The notes under the pieces: generated by a model | Seen by the model: only the letters and a program-made list of their open reading frames with translations | The model's database searches: none | What the model was told of the DNA's origin: nothing | Position numbers and translations under genes: made by a program | Assembly: GCA_001782805.1 (NCBI GenBank) | Contig: MFPT01000003.1 | Span: forward strand, 44,072-108,071 | Direction: 5' to 3' | Length of the DNA: 64,000 nucleotides | DNA from: Candidatus Magasanikbacteria bacterium RIFCSPHIGHO2_01_FULL_41_23 | GTDB taxonomy: Bacteria; Patescibacteriota; Patescibacteriia; Magasanikbacterales; UBA922 | Shown here: piece by piece, positions 30,311 to 40,348 of the stretch | Position numbering within the stretch: the stretch's first letter is position 1 | Layout of the letters: each line of letters starts with the position of its first letter

Positions 30311-31729
30311 ATGAAAAAATCAGAAATCATCCTGATGTTCATCCAGTTGCCCTTGGATTTTATTTTGTTACTTTTGGCTGGCTGGTCAGCCTATTGGTTG
30401 CGGTTTTCCGATTGGGCAGTGGCTTGGCGACCAGTGTTGTTTAATCTAACGTTTGACAATTTTACCAGCATGCTCGTAGTTGTGGCCGTGGTATGGATTT
30501 TAATTTTTGCGTTGAGTGGCTTATATTCCACTGATCCCAACCGAAAATTATTGCCTGATTTGGCGCGAGTGCTACTTGGTTGTTCCGCCGGATTGTCAGC
30601 TGTTGCGGTCTATGTTTTGTTTAGGCAAACACCGTTTGATTCGCGTTTTTTAGTTGTTTTTGGTTGGGGATTTGCAGTTTCGTATGTGTGTTTTGGTCGC
30701 TTAGTTATGCGCGGATTTAAAGCTTTACTGTATCGGTCTAACATTGGTTTGCGTTGCGTGGTTTTGATCGGGGAAAATAATAGCACAGAATCAATTGTCA
30801 GTGTGTTGACCACGAGACGCGAATTAGGATATGACGTGCTTGGTGTGTACGAGCATCTTGATGAGCCAACTTCGCGCATTTTGGCCGAACTTGATTTGGA
30901 TGAAATTATTTTTTTGAATCCGCGCGCGCACGAAGATGAAGCTTTACGTGCAATTGATTTGTGCAATGAGCGTCATATCGTATTTAAATATTCAGCGGAT
31001 TTGTTCGCAACGTATTCTTCGCATATGCGCGTGCAGCCGTTGGCCGGTGTGCCGATTGTTGAATTAAAGCGCACGGCCCTTGATGGGTGGGGCCGGGTGT
31101 TAAAGCGCGTCACGGATATTGTGGTGAGCGCAGTATTAATTATAATTTTGGCACCAGTAATGCTCGCGGTTGCTTTCATTATCTGGTGTGAAACCGGTCG
31201 GCCAATTATTTATAAAAATGAACGGGTGGGTATTCGCGGCCAGAATTTTTTTACGTTTAAATTTCGTTCAATGTATCAAAAAGATTCGACCGGATCGCAA
31301 TTTGGGGCGGATGGTGAAAAAGCCGAAGCGCGTGAACAAGAATTAATTAAAAAACAAAACAGTAAAGCCGGTCCGATTTATAAAATTGCCAATGATCCGC
31401 GCGTTACGCCATTTGGGCGTTGGTTGCGACAGTGGAGTTTGGATGAATTACCACAATTTTTTAATGTGTTGAGTGGATCAATGAGTTTGGTTGGTCCGCG
31501 TCCGCATCAGCCACGCGAAGTTGGTCAATATCACGCCGAACACAAGCGGGTTTTAATTATCAAACCAGGCATTTCCGGCTTGGCGCAAATTTCCGGACGC
31601 AGTGATTTGTCATTTACCGATGAAATTCGTTTGGATGTTTTTTATATTGAGCATTGGAGTTTATTTTTAGATTTGGTAATTTTTTTTAAAACTCCGTTTA
31701 TTTTGTTCAAAAAACGACGAGTTTTATGA
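30311..31729 (+). CDS. Polyprenyl-phosphate sugar phosphotransferase (WcaJ/WbaP-like)
   Basis: N-terminal TMs, FKFRSM, DPRVT, SLDELPQ, MSLVGPRP. Confidence 0.93.
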   Translation: MKKSEIILMFIQLPLDFILLLLAGWSAYWLRFSDWAVAWRPVLFNLTFDNFTSMLVVVAVVWILIFALSGLYSTDPNRKLLPDLARVLLGCSAGLSAVAVYVLFRQTPFDSRFLVVFGWGFAVSYVCFGRLVMRGFKALLYRSNIGLRCVVLIGENNSTESIVSVLTTRRELGYDVLGVYEHLDEPTSRILAELDLDEIIFLNPRAHEDEALRAIDLCNERHIVFKYSADLFATYSSHMRVQPLAGVPIVELKRTALDGWGRVLKRVTDIVVSAVLIIILAPVMLAVAFIIWCETGRPIIYKNERVGIRGQNFFTFKFRSMYQKDSTGSQFGADGEKAEAREQELIKKQNSKAGPIYKIANDPRVTPFGRWLRQWSLDELPQFFNVLSGSMSLVGPRPHQPREVGQYHAEHKRVLIIKPGISGLAQISGRSDLSFTDEIRLDVFYIEHWSLFLDLVIFFKTPFILFKKRRVL

Positions 31730-32850
31730 AAGTGGCTTTGGTGCATGATTATTTAAGTCAGGATGGCGGAGCGGAAAGGGTTTTGCGTGCGTTTCATGAA
31801 TTGTGGCCCGATGCGCCGATTTTTGTTTTGTTTTGCGAGCCGGGGAATGTTCCCGGTTTTGCTGACGCGCAAATTCATGAATCATTTTTGCGTTGGCTAC
31901 CGTTTGGTCGGACCAAATATCAATGGTATTTGCCCTGGATGCCGATTGCGACCGAGCGTCATAATTTACATGATTTTGATGTCGTGATTTCTTCCACGAG
32001 CGCGTTTGCCAAAGGGGTTTTGACTCGACCGGATACGCTGCACATTTCTTATTGTCACACTCCCACGCGATATTTATGGACTGACACGCATGAATACATT
32101 GCTGATCTTAAATATAATCGTTTGGTCAAAGCGGTTTTGCCAAAATTAATTCATAAATTACGGCTGTGGGATAAAATGAGCGTTGACCGGGTGGATTATT
32201 TTGTGGCTAATTCCGGCACGGTACATTCACGGATTCAAAAATATTATCGGCGCGACAGCGATGTTATATATCCGCCGGTTGATACGCATATTTTTCAGCC
32301 CGCGGAATCAATCGGCGATTATTTTGTGTCGGGCGGACGATTGGTTCCGTACAAGCGTTTCGATCTTTTGGTGCGTGTGTTTAACCGATTAGGAAAGCCA
32401 CTTAAAATTTTTGGGATTGGGCCGGAATTGTCAAAATTACAGGCGCAGGCAAAATCAAATATTCAATTTTTGGGGCGAATTTCTGAAATGGAAAAGGCTG
32501 ATTTGTTGGCAAAGGCTCAAGCATTTTTGCATCCGCAAATTGAAGATTTGGGGATTACTCCTTTGGAGTCAATGGCCGCGGGCAGACCGGTGATTGCCTA
32601 TGGCGTGGGAGGGGCAACGGAAACTGTAATTCCGGGCGAAACCGGCGTCTTGTTTCATGAACAAAATTGGGAAACCATTTTTGATACGGTATTGCGTTTT
32701 GATCCCACGGCGTGGAACAGTCAAAAAATTAGAAGTTGGGCGGAGCGCTTCAGTGTTTTTCATTTTAAAGAACGTTTTCATTCGTACGTAGATAATAAAT
32801 ACGCGGTGTTTCAAAACGAACGTGCGCGCTGTCAGTTGGAAGTGCGTTAA
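31726..32850 (+). CDS. GT4 glycosyltransferase
   Basis: GGAERV, YCHTP.RY, EDLGITPLESMAAGRPV. Confidence 0.92.
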   Translation: MKVALVHDYLSQDGGAERVLRAFHELWPDAPIFVLFCEPGNVPGFADAQIHESFLRWLPFGRTKYQWYLPWMPIATERHNLHDFDVVISSTSAFAKGVLTRPDTLHISYCHTPTRYLWTDTHEYIADLKYNRLVKAVLPKLIHKLRLWDKMSVDRVDYFVANSGTVHSRIQKYYRRDSDVIYPPVDTHIFQPAESIGDYFVSGGRLVPYKRFDLLVRVFNRLGKPLKIFGIGPELSKLQAQAKSNIQFLGRISEMEKADLLAKAQAFLHPQIEDLGITPLESMAAGRPVIAYGVGGATETVIPGETGVLFHEQNWETIFDTVLRFDPTAWNSQKIRSWAERFSVFHFKERFHSYVDNKYAVFQNERARCQLEVR

Positions 32851-32897
32851 GAATGGGCATATGTGTTAAAAATAAGTATGCGTGTTAATTTGCCGCT

Positions 32898-34070
32898 ATG
32901 AATATTGCGATGGATATTCGCGTGCTCGCGACTATGCCCCGAACCGGAGTAGGGGAATATACGTTTGAACTGCTTAACGCGATTTTTTTATTGTCTCCCC
33001 AGAATACCTATTTTTTACTTTCCAGCGGCTGCAAAAAATTTTTTATGCCGCCGGAATGGCAAAAACCAAATATTATTTTGATACATTTGTCTTTTTCCAA
33101 TCGATTGCTGAATATACTAATGTTTTTATTTAAGTGGCCGCGTTTGACTGATTGGCCTCGTCTTGCCAGATGGCCGCATTTGAATAAAAAATGTGTTCCA
33201 AAATTTGATGTTTTGTATATTCCCAATTTTAATTTTGCTCCACTTGATCCGACGGTTAAAACTATAGTCATGGTTCATGATATTAGCTTTGCTTTATTTC
33301 CCCAATTTTTTTCGTGGAAACAGCGTCTTTGGCATTGGGCTTTGCGACCGAAACATTTATTACAAACAGCTGATCAGATTATCATGCCTTCACATAATAC
33401 GCGGCGCGATGTAATTGAATATTTTGGTATTGAAGAAAAAAAAGTTACGACTCTGTATCCCGGATTATGTTCAGAATTTTTTGCTCCGAATGAAGCAGAA
33501 ATTTATCGAGTTAAAAATAAATATAATTTGCCAGACAATTATATTTTATTTTTAGGCACGCTTGAACCGCGCAAAAATGTGGCGGCGATTATTTATGCGT
33601 TTCAAGAATTACATCGCACTAATGCACTGGCTCGCGATTTAAAATTAGTGATTGCTGGCGCGCTGGGCTGGAAAAATTCAGAGGTAAAAAAAATGATTGC
33701 GGCTGACAAACATATTGTTTCAATTGGGTATATTGATGAAAAAGATAAGCATGCCCTGTACAAACTCGCTCGCGTGTTTGTGTATCCCAGTTTTTATGAG
33801 GGTTTTGGTTTGCCGGTTTTGGAAGCGATGGCCACGGGAACACCGGTTATTACCAGTAATCGGTCTTCGTTAGTTGAAGTGGCTGGCACGGCCGCGTATC
33901 TGGTTAATCCGGATCGGATTGATGAATTAGTTACTGGTTTGGAAAGATTTTTGTTTGATTCCGAATTACATAATTTGTATAAAACTCGCGGTTTGGTACA
34001 AGCGCAAAAATTTTCTTGGGAGCGAACGGCTCGAGAATTTATGACTAATTTGATTTCAGAACCTAATTAA
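32898..34070 (+). CDS. GT4 glycosyltransferase
   Basis: GTLEPRKN, YEGFGLPVLEAM. Confidence 0.93.
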   Translation: MNIAMDIRVLATMPRTGVGEYTFELLNAIFLLSPQNTYFLLSSGCKKFFMPPEWQKPNIILIHLSFSNRLLNILMFLFKWPRLTDWPRLARWPHLNKKCVPKFDVLYIPNFNFAPLDPTVKTIVMVHDISFALFPQFFSWKQRLWHWALRPKHLLQTADQIIMPSHNTRRDVIEYFGIEEKKVTTLYPGLCSEFFAPNEAEIYRVKNKYNLPDNYILFLGTLEPRKNVAAIIYAFQELHRTNALARDLKLVIAGALGWKNSEVKKMIAADKHIVSIGYIDEKDKHALYKLARVFVYPSFYEGFGLPVLEAMATGTPVITSNRSSLVEVAGTAAYLVNPDRIDELVTGLERFLFDSELHNLYKTRGLVQAQKFSWERTAREFMTNLISEPN

Positions 34071-34122
34071 ACACATCAAGGAAATTAAAATTAAAGTTAA
34101 CTTAACCTGCGGTTATCGTCAA

Positions 34123-34298
34123 TATTCGTTCGGTTCTCAATCATCCCAACCGCGCCGCTCGCTCGCAGTATATACTCAGTGAATGGCTCGCTCCCTACAT
34201 TGTCCGCTCGGCTTTGATTATATATAGTATAGATTCAGCCTCGCGTCCAAATCCCGACATGTCGGGACGTTATGGGATAATTGCCAACCTCACTAATA
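34123..34298. repeat. Nested imperfect palindromes
   Basis: Outer arms 34123-34148 and 34273-34298 (20/26) enclose further hairpins, including TCCCGACATGTCGGGA. Confidence 0.6.
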
Positions 34299-34645
34299 CA
34301 ACTACGTAAGATTCAATGAGTCATTGAATCAAACTGGAACTGAATCCTCTTTTTCTGAAAGCTGAGTATATTGACTTACTGAGAATGCATAATCCGTTAG
34401 ACTATCAGTTGAAAAAAAGAGGATCAGTGAAGTTTGATTAAGACTTGGGAAAGGGAGTTTTAATACGATTTAGTAAAAACAAAAACCACCCAACCTCCTT
34501 CACAAGTGCCCAATAATTTTGGATGCTTATGATGATTTTTGGGTGGTTTTTGCTGTAAGGGGCAACGTCACCCCAACCCGACCGACAAGGCCAGAGTTGG
34601 GGTGACGAAGCTGGGGGGTGGCCGGGCATTGCCCAAGCCAGTCGT

Positions 34646-34894
34646 TCAGCCGCGGGGGTGGTTCATCCCCGCGGGCGCGCAGCCTTCCCACGAAGTGGGA
34701 GCGCCGATCGTTGTGAAGTGAACCTCCACGTCGATCCCTTGTTGTCCTTCGATCTGGCGCTTTTCGGCAGTGGCGAGGAAGATCTCGCGACGGCTCTTGC
34801 CGCCGTGATACTTCACGCGCTTCTGCACGAACAAGTGCCTGTGGGGCTGCAAGGGACGCCCCCTCCCATCGAATTGACCGATCAAATTCTTCAA
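34646..34894 (-). CDS. GC-rich orphan protein (82 aa, TTG start)
   Basis: GGAGG SD just before TTG; TTGACA-17-TAAGAT promoter at 34984-34956; GC-rich 3' hairpin. Confidence 0.6.
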   Translation of the reverse strand: MKNLIGQFDGRGRPLQPHRHLFVQKRVKYHGGKSRREIFLATAEKRQIEGQQGIDVEVHFTTIGAPTSWEGCAPAGMNHPRG

Positions 34895-35010
34895 AATCCC
34901 TCCAGGGATTTTCGTGGTATTTTTTCAACCACGGTTAGAGTTGAGAATGCCCATCATCTTACAGCGCGGGCATTTTTTTGTCAACCCGAGTTGTGGATTG
35001 GTGGTTATTT

Positions 35011-36189
35011 TTAACCCAGCCATTCTTTTTTAAAATCAAGAAAATTATCAACATTGATTGCCTGACGCATATCGCGCATTAAATTAAGAAAAAAATGAAG
35101 ATTATGTAAAGTCGCCAAACGATAAGCGAGCATTTCATTGGCGCGAAAAAGATGATGCACATAAGCGCGCGAATGATTTAAACAAGTAAAACATAAACAT
35201 TCTGGATCAATTGGCTGGGAATCATTTCTAAACTGCGCGTTCGTAATGCTAATTTTTAAATTTGGATCGATTTTTTTGTGAACATATAACGTCCCATTGC
35301 GCGCAATGCGTGTGGGTGCCACGCAATCAAACATATCAATGCCGCGTTCCACCGCGACAAACAAATCCGCCGGCGAATATCCCAAGCCCATGGTGTAGCG
35401 TGGTTTTTCTGCCGGTAAAAATGGCGTAACCCAATCAATAATATCCGCAGTTGCGGCCATATTATAGCCAATTGATTCGCCACCAATCGCAATCCCATCA
35501 AAATTTTGCGCGGCAATAAATTTGGCGGAAGTCTCGCGTAAATGTTTATGATTCGCGCCTTGAATAATGCCAAATAAAAAACGTTTATAATCAGTTGGTT
35601 TAAATTTTTGGTGTGCTTCCATCGAGCGCGTAGCCCAACGATGCGTGCGCTCCATGGCTTCCATTGTGTATTTTTTATCCGCCGTGTCAGAAGTACATTC
35701 ATCAAAGGCCATAATAATATCCGCGCCGATTTTATGCTGCGTGGCAATGGCCGATTCCGGAGTAAAGCGATGTGTTGAACCATCAATATGTGAGCGAAAC
35801 GTCACTCCATCTTCATCAATCGCCACTAATTTTCCTTGTGTATCATTTTCCGCAATGTCGCCGCTTTTTTCTTTTTGTGTTCCTAAACTAAAAACTTGAA
35901 AACCACCGCTATCGGTTAAAATTGGCCGATCCCAGTGCATAAATTTGTGCAAGCCGCCAAATTCCGCGATCAAATCTTCGCCCGGACGCAAATGCAAATG
36001 ATAGGTATTGCCCAAAATAATTTCCGCATCTAAATTTTGCAGATCAGTTTGATCCAGACTTTTAACCGTGGCTTGCGTGCCAACCGGCATAAAAACCGGA
36101 GTTTGAATATCGCCGTGTTCAGTATGAACAACACCGGTTCGGGCGCGAGAATTTTTGTCATTATGAGTGAGGGTAAAAAATGTGTTCAT
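35011..36189 (-). CDS. tgt: tRNA-guanine transglycosylase
   Basis: TPVFMPVGT, TDSGGFQ, DMFDCVAPTR, C.C..C zinc motif, HNL. Confidence 0.97.
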   Translation of the reverse strand: MNTFFTLTHNDKNSRARTGVVHTEHGDIQTPVFMPVGTQATVKSLDQTDLQNLDAEIILGNTYHLHLRPGEDLIAEFGGLHKFMHWDRPILTDSGGFQVFSLGTQKEKSGDIAENDTQGKLVAIDEDGVTFRSHIDGSTHRFTPESAIATQHKIGADIIMAFDECTSDTADKKYTMEAMERTHRWATRSMEAHQKFKPTDYKRFLFGIIQGANHKHLRETSAKFIAAQNFDGIAIGGESIGYNMAATADIIDWVTPFLPAEKPRYTMGLGYSPADLFVAVERGIDMFDCVAPTRIARNGTLYVHKKIDPNLKISITNAQFRNDSQPIDPECLCFTCLNHSRAYVHHLFRANEMLAYRLATLHNLHFFLNLMRDMRQAINVDNFLDFKKEWLG

Positions 36190-36315
36190 ATTTTTTTAAA
36201 ACTCGGGTGAAAAATTATACTACCATAATTTGACATCCGCATCAACTAATTCGTATAGTTATAATAATGCATTCGGCTGGTTGACCAAGTGCAAAATCCA
36301 ACGCCAGGAGGATGA

Positions 36316-36807
36316 ATGGCGAAACAATCGCCAAAACCCGGTCGCCGGAATTGGCCGCAACAGACTACGCGGCATCACATGGTGCCGCGCTGTCGGTGTC
36401 GGCTGCGTGACGGTCAACATCGTGGTAATGTCAAAAAAATACCGCGACAAGATCACGAAGCGTGGCACACTCTCTTTGGGGAAATGATGCCCCACGAGGT
36501 GGTGGCGTACATCGTCATCACACTCGCGGAAAGAGGTTATTTCAACGAGGTTCACTTGGAGGCGCATTGGGAGGGCGCGACCTACAAGTTTGATCTGGAC
36601 GCACCGAAGCAAGCTGAACCTATTATGGCGGTTCGGCGTCGCTTCAACAAGGTTGACTGGGAACGAGTGTTCGGAACCGTGACTTGGTTTTCGGCTGCCA
36701 CGCAAGTGGTGCGAGACTGGTCGCCAGCCGGATACTTTTCTTTCGTCAACATCGTAGCCACGCCCGAAGAGCGCTACGCGTTTTTTTGTGGCGAAGAGGC
36801 TGTGTAG
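36316..36807 (+). CDS. GC-rich orphan with an HNH-like motif
   Basis: AGGAGG SD; TTGACA-18-TATAGT at 36230-36259; RHH..PR...GN......H.AWH.LFG. Confidence 0.7.
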   Translation: MAKQSPKPGRRNWPQQTTRHHMVPRCRCRLRDGQHRGNVKKIPRQDHEAWHTLFGEMMPHEVVAYIVITLAERGYFNEVHLEAHWEGATYKFDLDAPKQAEPIMAVRRRFNKVDWERVFGTVTWFSAATQVVRDWSPAGYFSFVNIVATPEERYAFFCGEEAV

Positions 36808-36905
36808 TCCTACCTATTGGGTCCCGACAATGTCGGGACCCCTCCTTTCTTCTGCAGTCTTTCCCGACTGTTTTATTTTTTTATGTTTGCTATACTGAAG
36901 CGACT

Positions 36906-37814
36906 ATGAAACGGTCTTACTTTTCACTGTTTAATGTAACAAGTTTGGGAATAATTATCCTATTATTTTTGGCTACTTTATGGTTGTGGCGGGGATTTTG
37001 GCGTAATCAACAATTTGATCAAGCAGTGGAAAAACAAGTGACGGCCGAACGAAACGCGTCGGAATATGCGTTACCAACCAAATTAGCTACGACAACTACA
37101 ATCGATTCAATCTCTGAGATTCCAACAACTTCCGCGGCTCAAATTATTATTGCTGCAAACACTGTTTCCACTACGCCTGAGGAAAAAATTGAAAATAATA
37201 ATTCTGCTTCACACGTCGCGATTTCACCGTTAACCGGAGCGCTTACTTTGGGCGAGGATGATGTTAATTTAATCGTGCCGTATGCTTCGCAAGCGCCGGA
37301 AAGAAATTGGGATCAGCCTTGGCAGGACGCGTGTGAAGAAGCGGCGTTGTTAATGTTGGACGCCTATTACAAAGGATATGGTTTAAGTCCGTTGTCGGCC
37401 AAAGATGAAATGCAAAAAATGATTGATTGGGAAACTGAACAAGGTTGGGGAGGAAGTGTGGATATTGAACATATTAAAAAAATCGCGAACGATTATCTTA
37501 ATTTTAAAAAGAAAATTATAATTGTGGAAAATCCCAGTGTGGAACAAATTAAAAAATTTATTGATGTCGGTAATCCGGTTTTGGTCGTGGCCGATGGTAA
37601 AGTTTTGCCGAATAAATATTATGCCAATGGTGGCCCGATGTATCATGCGCTCATAATTCGTGGATATACTGCGGACAAATTTATTACCAATGATCCGGGA
37701 GTAAATCGCGGCGCGAATTTTGTTTTTCCGATTGAAGCGGTAATGAATGCGCTTCATGATTGGAATGATGGGGATGTGAAAAATGGACGCAAAGTTATTT
37801 TGGTGCTGGAATAA
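36906..37814 (+). CDS. Membrane-anchored C39-like peptidase
   Basis: TM helix, VPY.SQAP, QDACEEA, H.LII.GY, NDPG. Confidence 0.8.
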   Translation: MKRSYFSLFNVTSLGIIILLFLATLWLWRGFWRNQQFDQAVEKQVTAERNASEYALPTKLATTTTIDSISEIPTTSAAQIIIAANTVSTTPEEKIENNNSASHVAISPLTGALTLGEDDVNLIVPYASQAPERNWDQPWQDACEEAALLMLDAYYKGYGLSPLSAKDEMQKMIDWETEQGWGGSVDIEHIKKIANDYLNFKKKIIIVENPSVEQIKKFIDVGNPVLVVADGKVLPNKYYANGGPMYHALIIRGYTADKFITNDPGVNRGANFVFPIEAVMNALHDWNDGDVKNGRKVILVLE

Positions 37815-37815
37815 T

Positions 37816-39963
37816 ATGATCGATTACAAACAAGAATTAAATGAAGAACAACTAAAAGTCGTAGAGCGAGGCGATGGACCGTGTTTAGTTCTGGCCGGAG
37901 CGGGAAGCGGGAAAACGCGCACAATTACGTATCGCGTGGCGTATTTGTTGGAGCAAGGTATTCGACCGGATGAAATTTTATTGGTGACTTTTACGAATAA
38001 GGCGGCGCGCGAAATGGTGCACCGGATTCAGGAATTGCCAATTAGCATTGAGAAATTCATTTTGAGTAAAGCCGAAGGAAAAATTTTTTTGCCGTGGAGC
38101 GGCACATTTCATCACATAGCGTTTCGCTTGTTAAAACAATACGCGTCGCTCATTGGATATGCGAATAATTTTACGGTGCTTGACGCGGAAGACAGCAAAG
38201 ATATTTTGAAATTGTGTTTGAAAATGGAAGGAGTGGACAGAACGCAAAAAAGATTTCCCTCCGCGAACGTCATACATTCATTAATCAGTTACGCGCGGAA
38301 CGCGGAACGCGCGTTGACTGAAATAATCATGGAACGTCATCCGCAATGGGTTGATGTGGCTGACACATTGGGAAGAATTGCTGGTGATTATGATAAAAGA
38401 AAACGAACGGCGAATACGATGGATTTTGACGATTTGTTGGTAAATTTGTATCGTTTGCTCATTGGGCAGCAATCATTGGCGCATAAATTGGCTACGCAGT
38501 TTTGCTATGTTTTAGTGGATGAATATCAGGATACGAATAAAATACAGGCTTCAATTATTCGCGTGCTATCATCCGTACATCGCAATATTTTGGTAGTGGG
38601 AGACGATGCCCAAAGTATTTATTCGTTTCGTGCGGCGGACATTCAAAACATTTTGGATTTTGAAATCCGTTATCCGGGCGCGGCCATTTTTCGATTGGAA
38701 ACCAATTATCGTTCCACGCCGGATATTTTGGAAGTGGCCAATGAAGTGATTGCCAATAATACCAAACAATATCAAAAAAAATTAAAAAGTATTCGGGAAA
38801 AATTTACGCGTCCGGAAATCCATTGTTTTGCGGATCAGAGTGAAGAAGCGGAATTTATTGCCGAACGCATTGTGGAATTGCACGATGAAGGCGTAGCGCT
38901 GGCGCACATCGCGGTTTTATTTCGCGCCGCGTTTCACACCCACGCTTTGGAATTGGAATTAAATAAACGAAATATTCCGTACGAATATCGCGGGGGTTTG
39001 CGTTTTTTTGAACGCGCACACGTGAAAGATGTATTGGCTTTTTTGCGTTTGTACAATAATCCGCGTGACACGGTAGCGTGGTCACGTGCTTTATCCATGC
39101 AAGTGGGGATTGGGCCGGGAACTGTGGAAAAAATCATTGCGCGCGCGTTGGCATTAATGGGAAATGATTCTCAATCAGCTCAATCAATTGATGCGTCTTT
39201 TTTTGATGAGATTGGTTTATCATTGCCGTCTCGCGCGCGCGTTGGTTGGAATGATTTTGTTTTAATGTGGCAGAGAATGGTGCGTGATGAAGATAATAAT
39301 CCCGGAAGTTTAATTACTGCACTTCTGGATTCAAAATATGCGGATTATTTGGAAGCGGAATATCCGGATTATCGTGAGCGGCGCGAAGATTTACAACAAT
39401 TGGCGCATTTGGCGGAACGCGAAGAAGATTTGGGAAAATTTTTAGCGGAATCGGTTTTGCAAGAACAATTCGCGTGGCCAAGCGGAACGCCGGATGGTTC
39501 GGCTTCGACATCAGTCGGAAATGATGAAAGAATTATTTTGTCTACGATTCACCAAGCCAAAGGTTTGGAATGGGAAGCAGTCTTTATATTAAATGTTGCA
39601 GCCGGACAATTTCCCAGTGAGCGTTCCACGCAAGAAGCCAATGGTTTGGAAGAAGAACGCCGTTTATTTTATGTGGCTGTCACGCGCGCGAAAAAATATT
39701 TGTATTTGTCGTATCCTTTAACCGGTAATTTACATAGTTATTTACAAGGCCCCAGTCAATTTTTAGGGGAAATTTCTCAGGATAATGTTGAGACGTATGG
39801 CAATTCGGTTTCCAGCACCAGTTTTTTTGATCCGAGTGACGCGGTTGATGATATAAAATACGTAGCCGAACCGGAAAATAATCGGAATGATGACAGTGAA
39901 GACGTACCATTTCATTCCAAACCTCGTCCAAAAAGTTTTTTGAAAAGTATTGATGAATTATAA
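37816..39963 (+). CDS. UvrD/PcrA-family helicase
   Basis: AGAGSGKT, TFTNKAA, DEYQD, GDDAQSIY.FR, TIHQAKGLEW, EERRLFYVA.TRA. Confidence 0.95.
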   Translation: MIDYKQELNEEQLKVVERGDGPCLVLAGAGSGKTRTITYRVAYLLEQGIRPDEILLVTFTNKAAREMVHRIQELPISIEKFILSKAEGKIFLPWSGTFHHIAFRLLKQYASLIGYANNFTVLDAEDSKDILKLCLKMEGVDRTQKRFPSANVIHSLISYARNAERALTEIIMERHPQWVDVADTLGRIAGDYDKRKRTANTMDFDDLLVNLYRLLIGQQSLAHKLATQFCYVLVDEYQDTNKIQASIIRVLSSVHRNILVVGDDAQSIYSFRAADIQNILDFEIRYPGAAIFRLETNYRSTPDILEVANEVIANNTKQYQKKLKSIREKFTRPEIHCFADQSEEAEFIAERIVELHDEGVALAHIAVLFRAAFHTHALELELNKRNIPYEYRGGLRFFERAHVKDVLAFLRLYNNPRDTVAWSRALSMQVGIGPGTVEKIIARALALMGNDSQSAQSIDASFFDEIGLSLPSRARVGWNDFVLMWQRMVRDEDNNPGSLITALLDSKYADYLEAEYPDYRERREDLQQLAHLAEREEDLGKFLAESVLQEQFAWPSGTPDGSASTSVGNDERIILSTIHQAKGLEWEAVFILNVAAGQFPSERSTQEANGLEEERRLFYVAVTRAKKYLYLSYPLTGNLHSYLQGPSQFLGEISQDNVETYGNSVSSTSFFDPSDAVDDIKYVAEPENNRNDDSEDVPFHSKPRPKSFLKSIDEL

Positions 39964-40004
39964 AAATGTAGACTAAAAATCCGATTCAACATCGGATCTT
40001 TAAG

Positions 40005-40080
40005 TGGTGGACCAGACGGGGTTTGAACCCGCATTCCTATTTTTGCAGAACAGTGTTTTAACCAATTAAACTACTGGCCC
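40005..40080 (-). tRNA. Atypical tRNA: GCA (Cys) anticodon with G3:U70 and A73 (Ala identity)
   Basis: GGGCCAG/CTGGTCC acceptor + ACCA; CTGTT-CT-GCA-AA-AATAG; T arm GCGGG-TTCAAAC-CCCGT. Confidence 0.85.
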
Positions 40081-40348
40081 ATGATCCACCATTTTTAACC
40101 ATAGCATAAACGACATTAAGAAAACCTTAAATTTTTGATTGGTTGTTTATAAACTGTGTATAAAACAATAAAACCTCCAAATTAGGAGGTTTTATTGTGC
40201 AAAAATAGGTAATGCCAGTATTGGCAACACTGTTCTTTAATTTGAGTATATCAGAAAAAAATCCTCTGTCAACTGTCAAACTTAAGATTGACAATTTTTT
40301 TATTTTCTATATACTAGACCCAATAATTCAGCTACTAAAATATTCAAT

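Noticed and set aside
34527-35014. Alternative ORFs 34527-34928(-) and 34658-35014(+)
   Set aside because: SD and promoter positions support 34646-34894(-); GC-rich DNA readily gives shadow ORFs.
40005-40080. Ordinary tRNA-Ala(TGC)
   Set aside because: The 5-bp anticodon stem centres GCA with U33; centring TGC breaks the stem.
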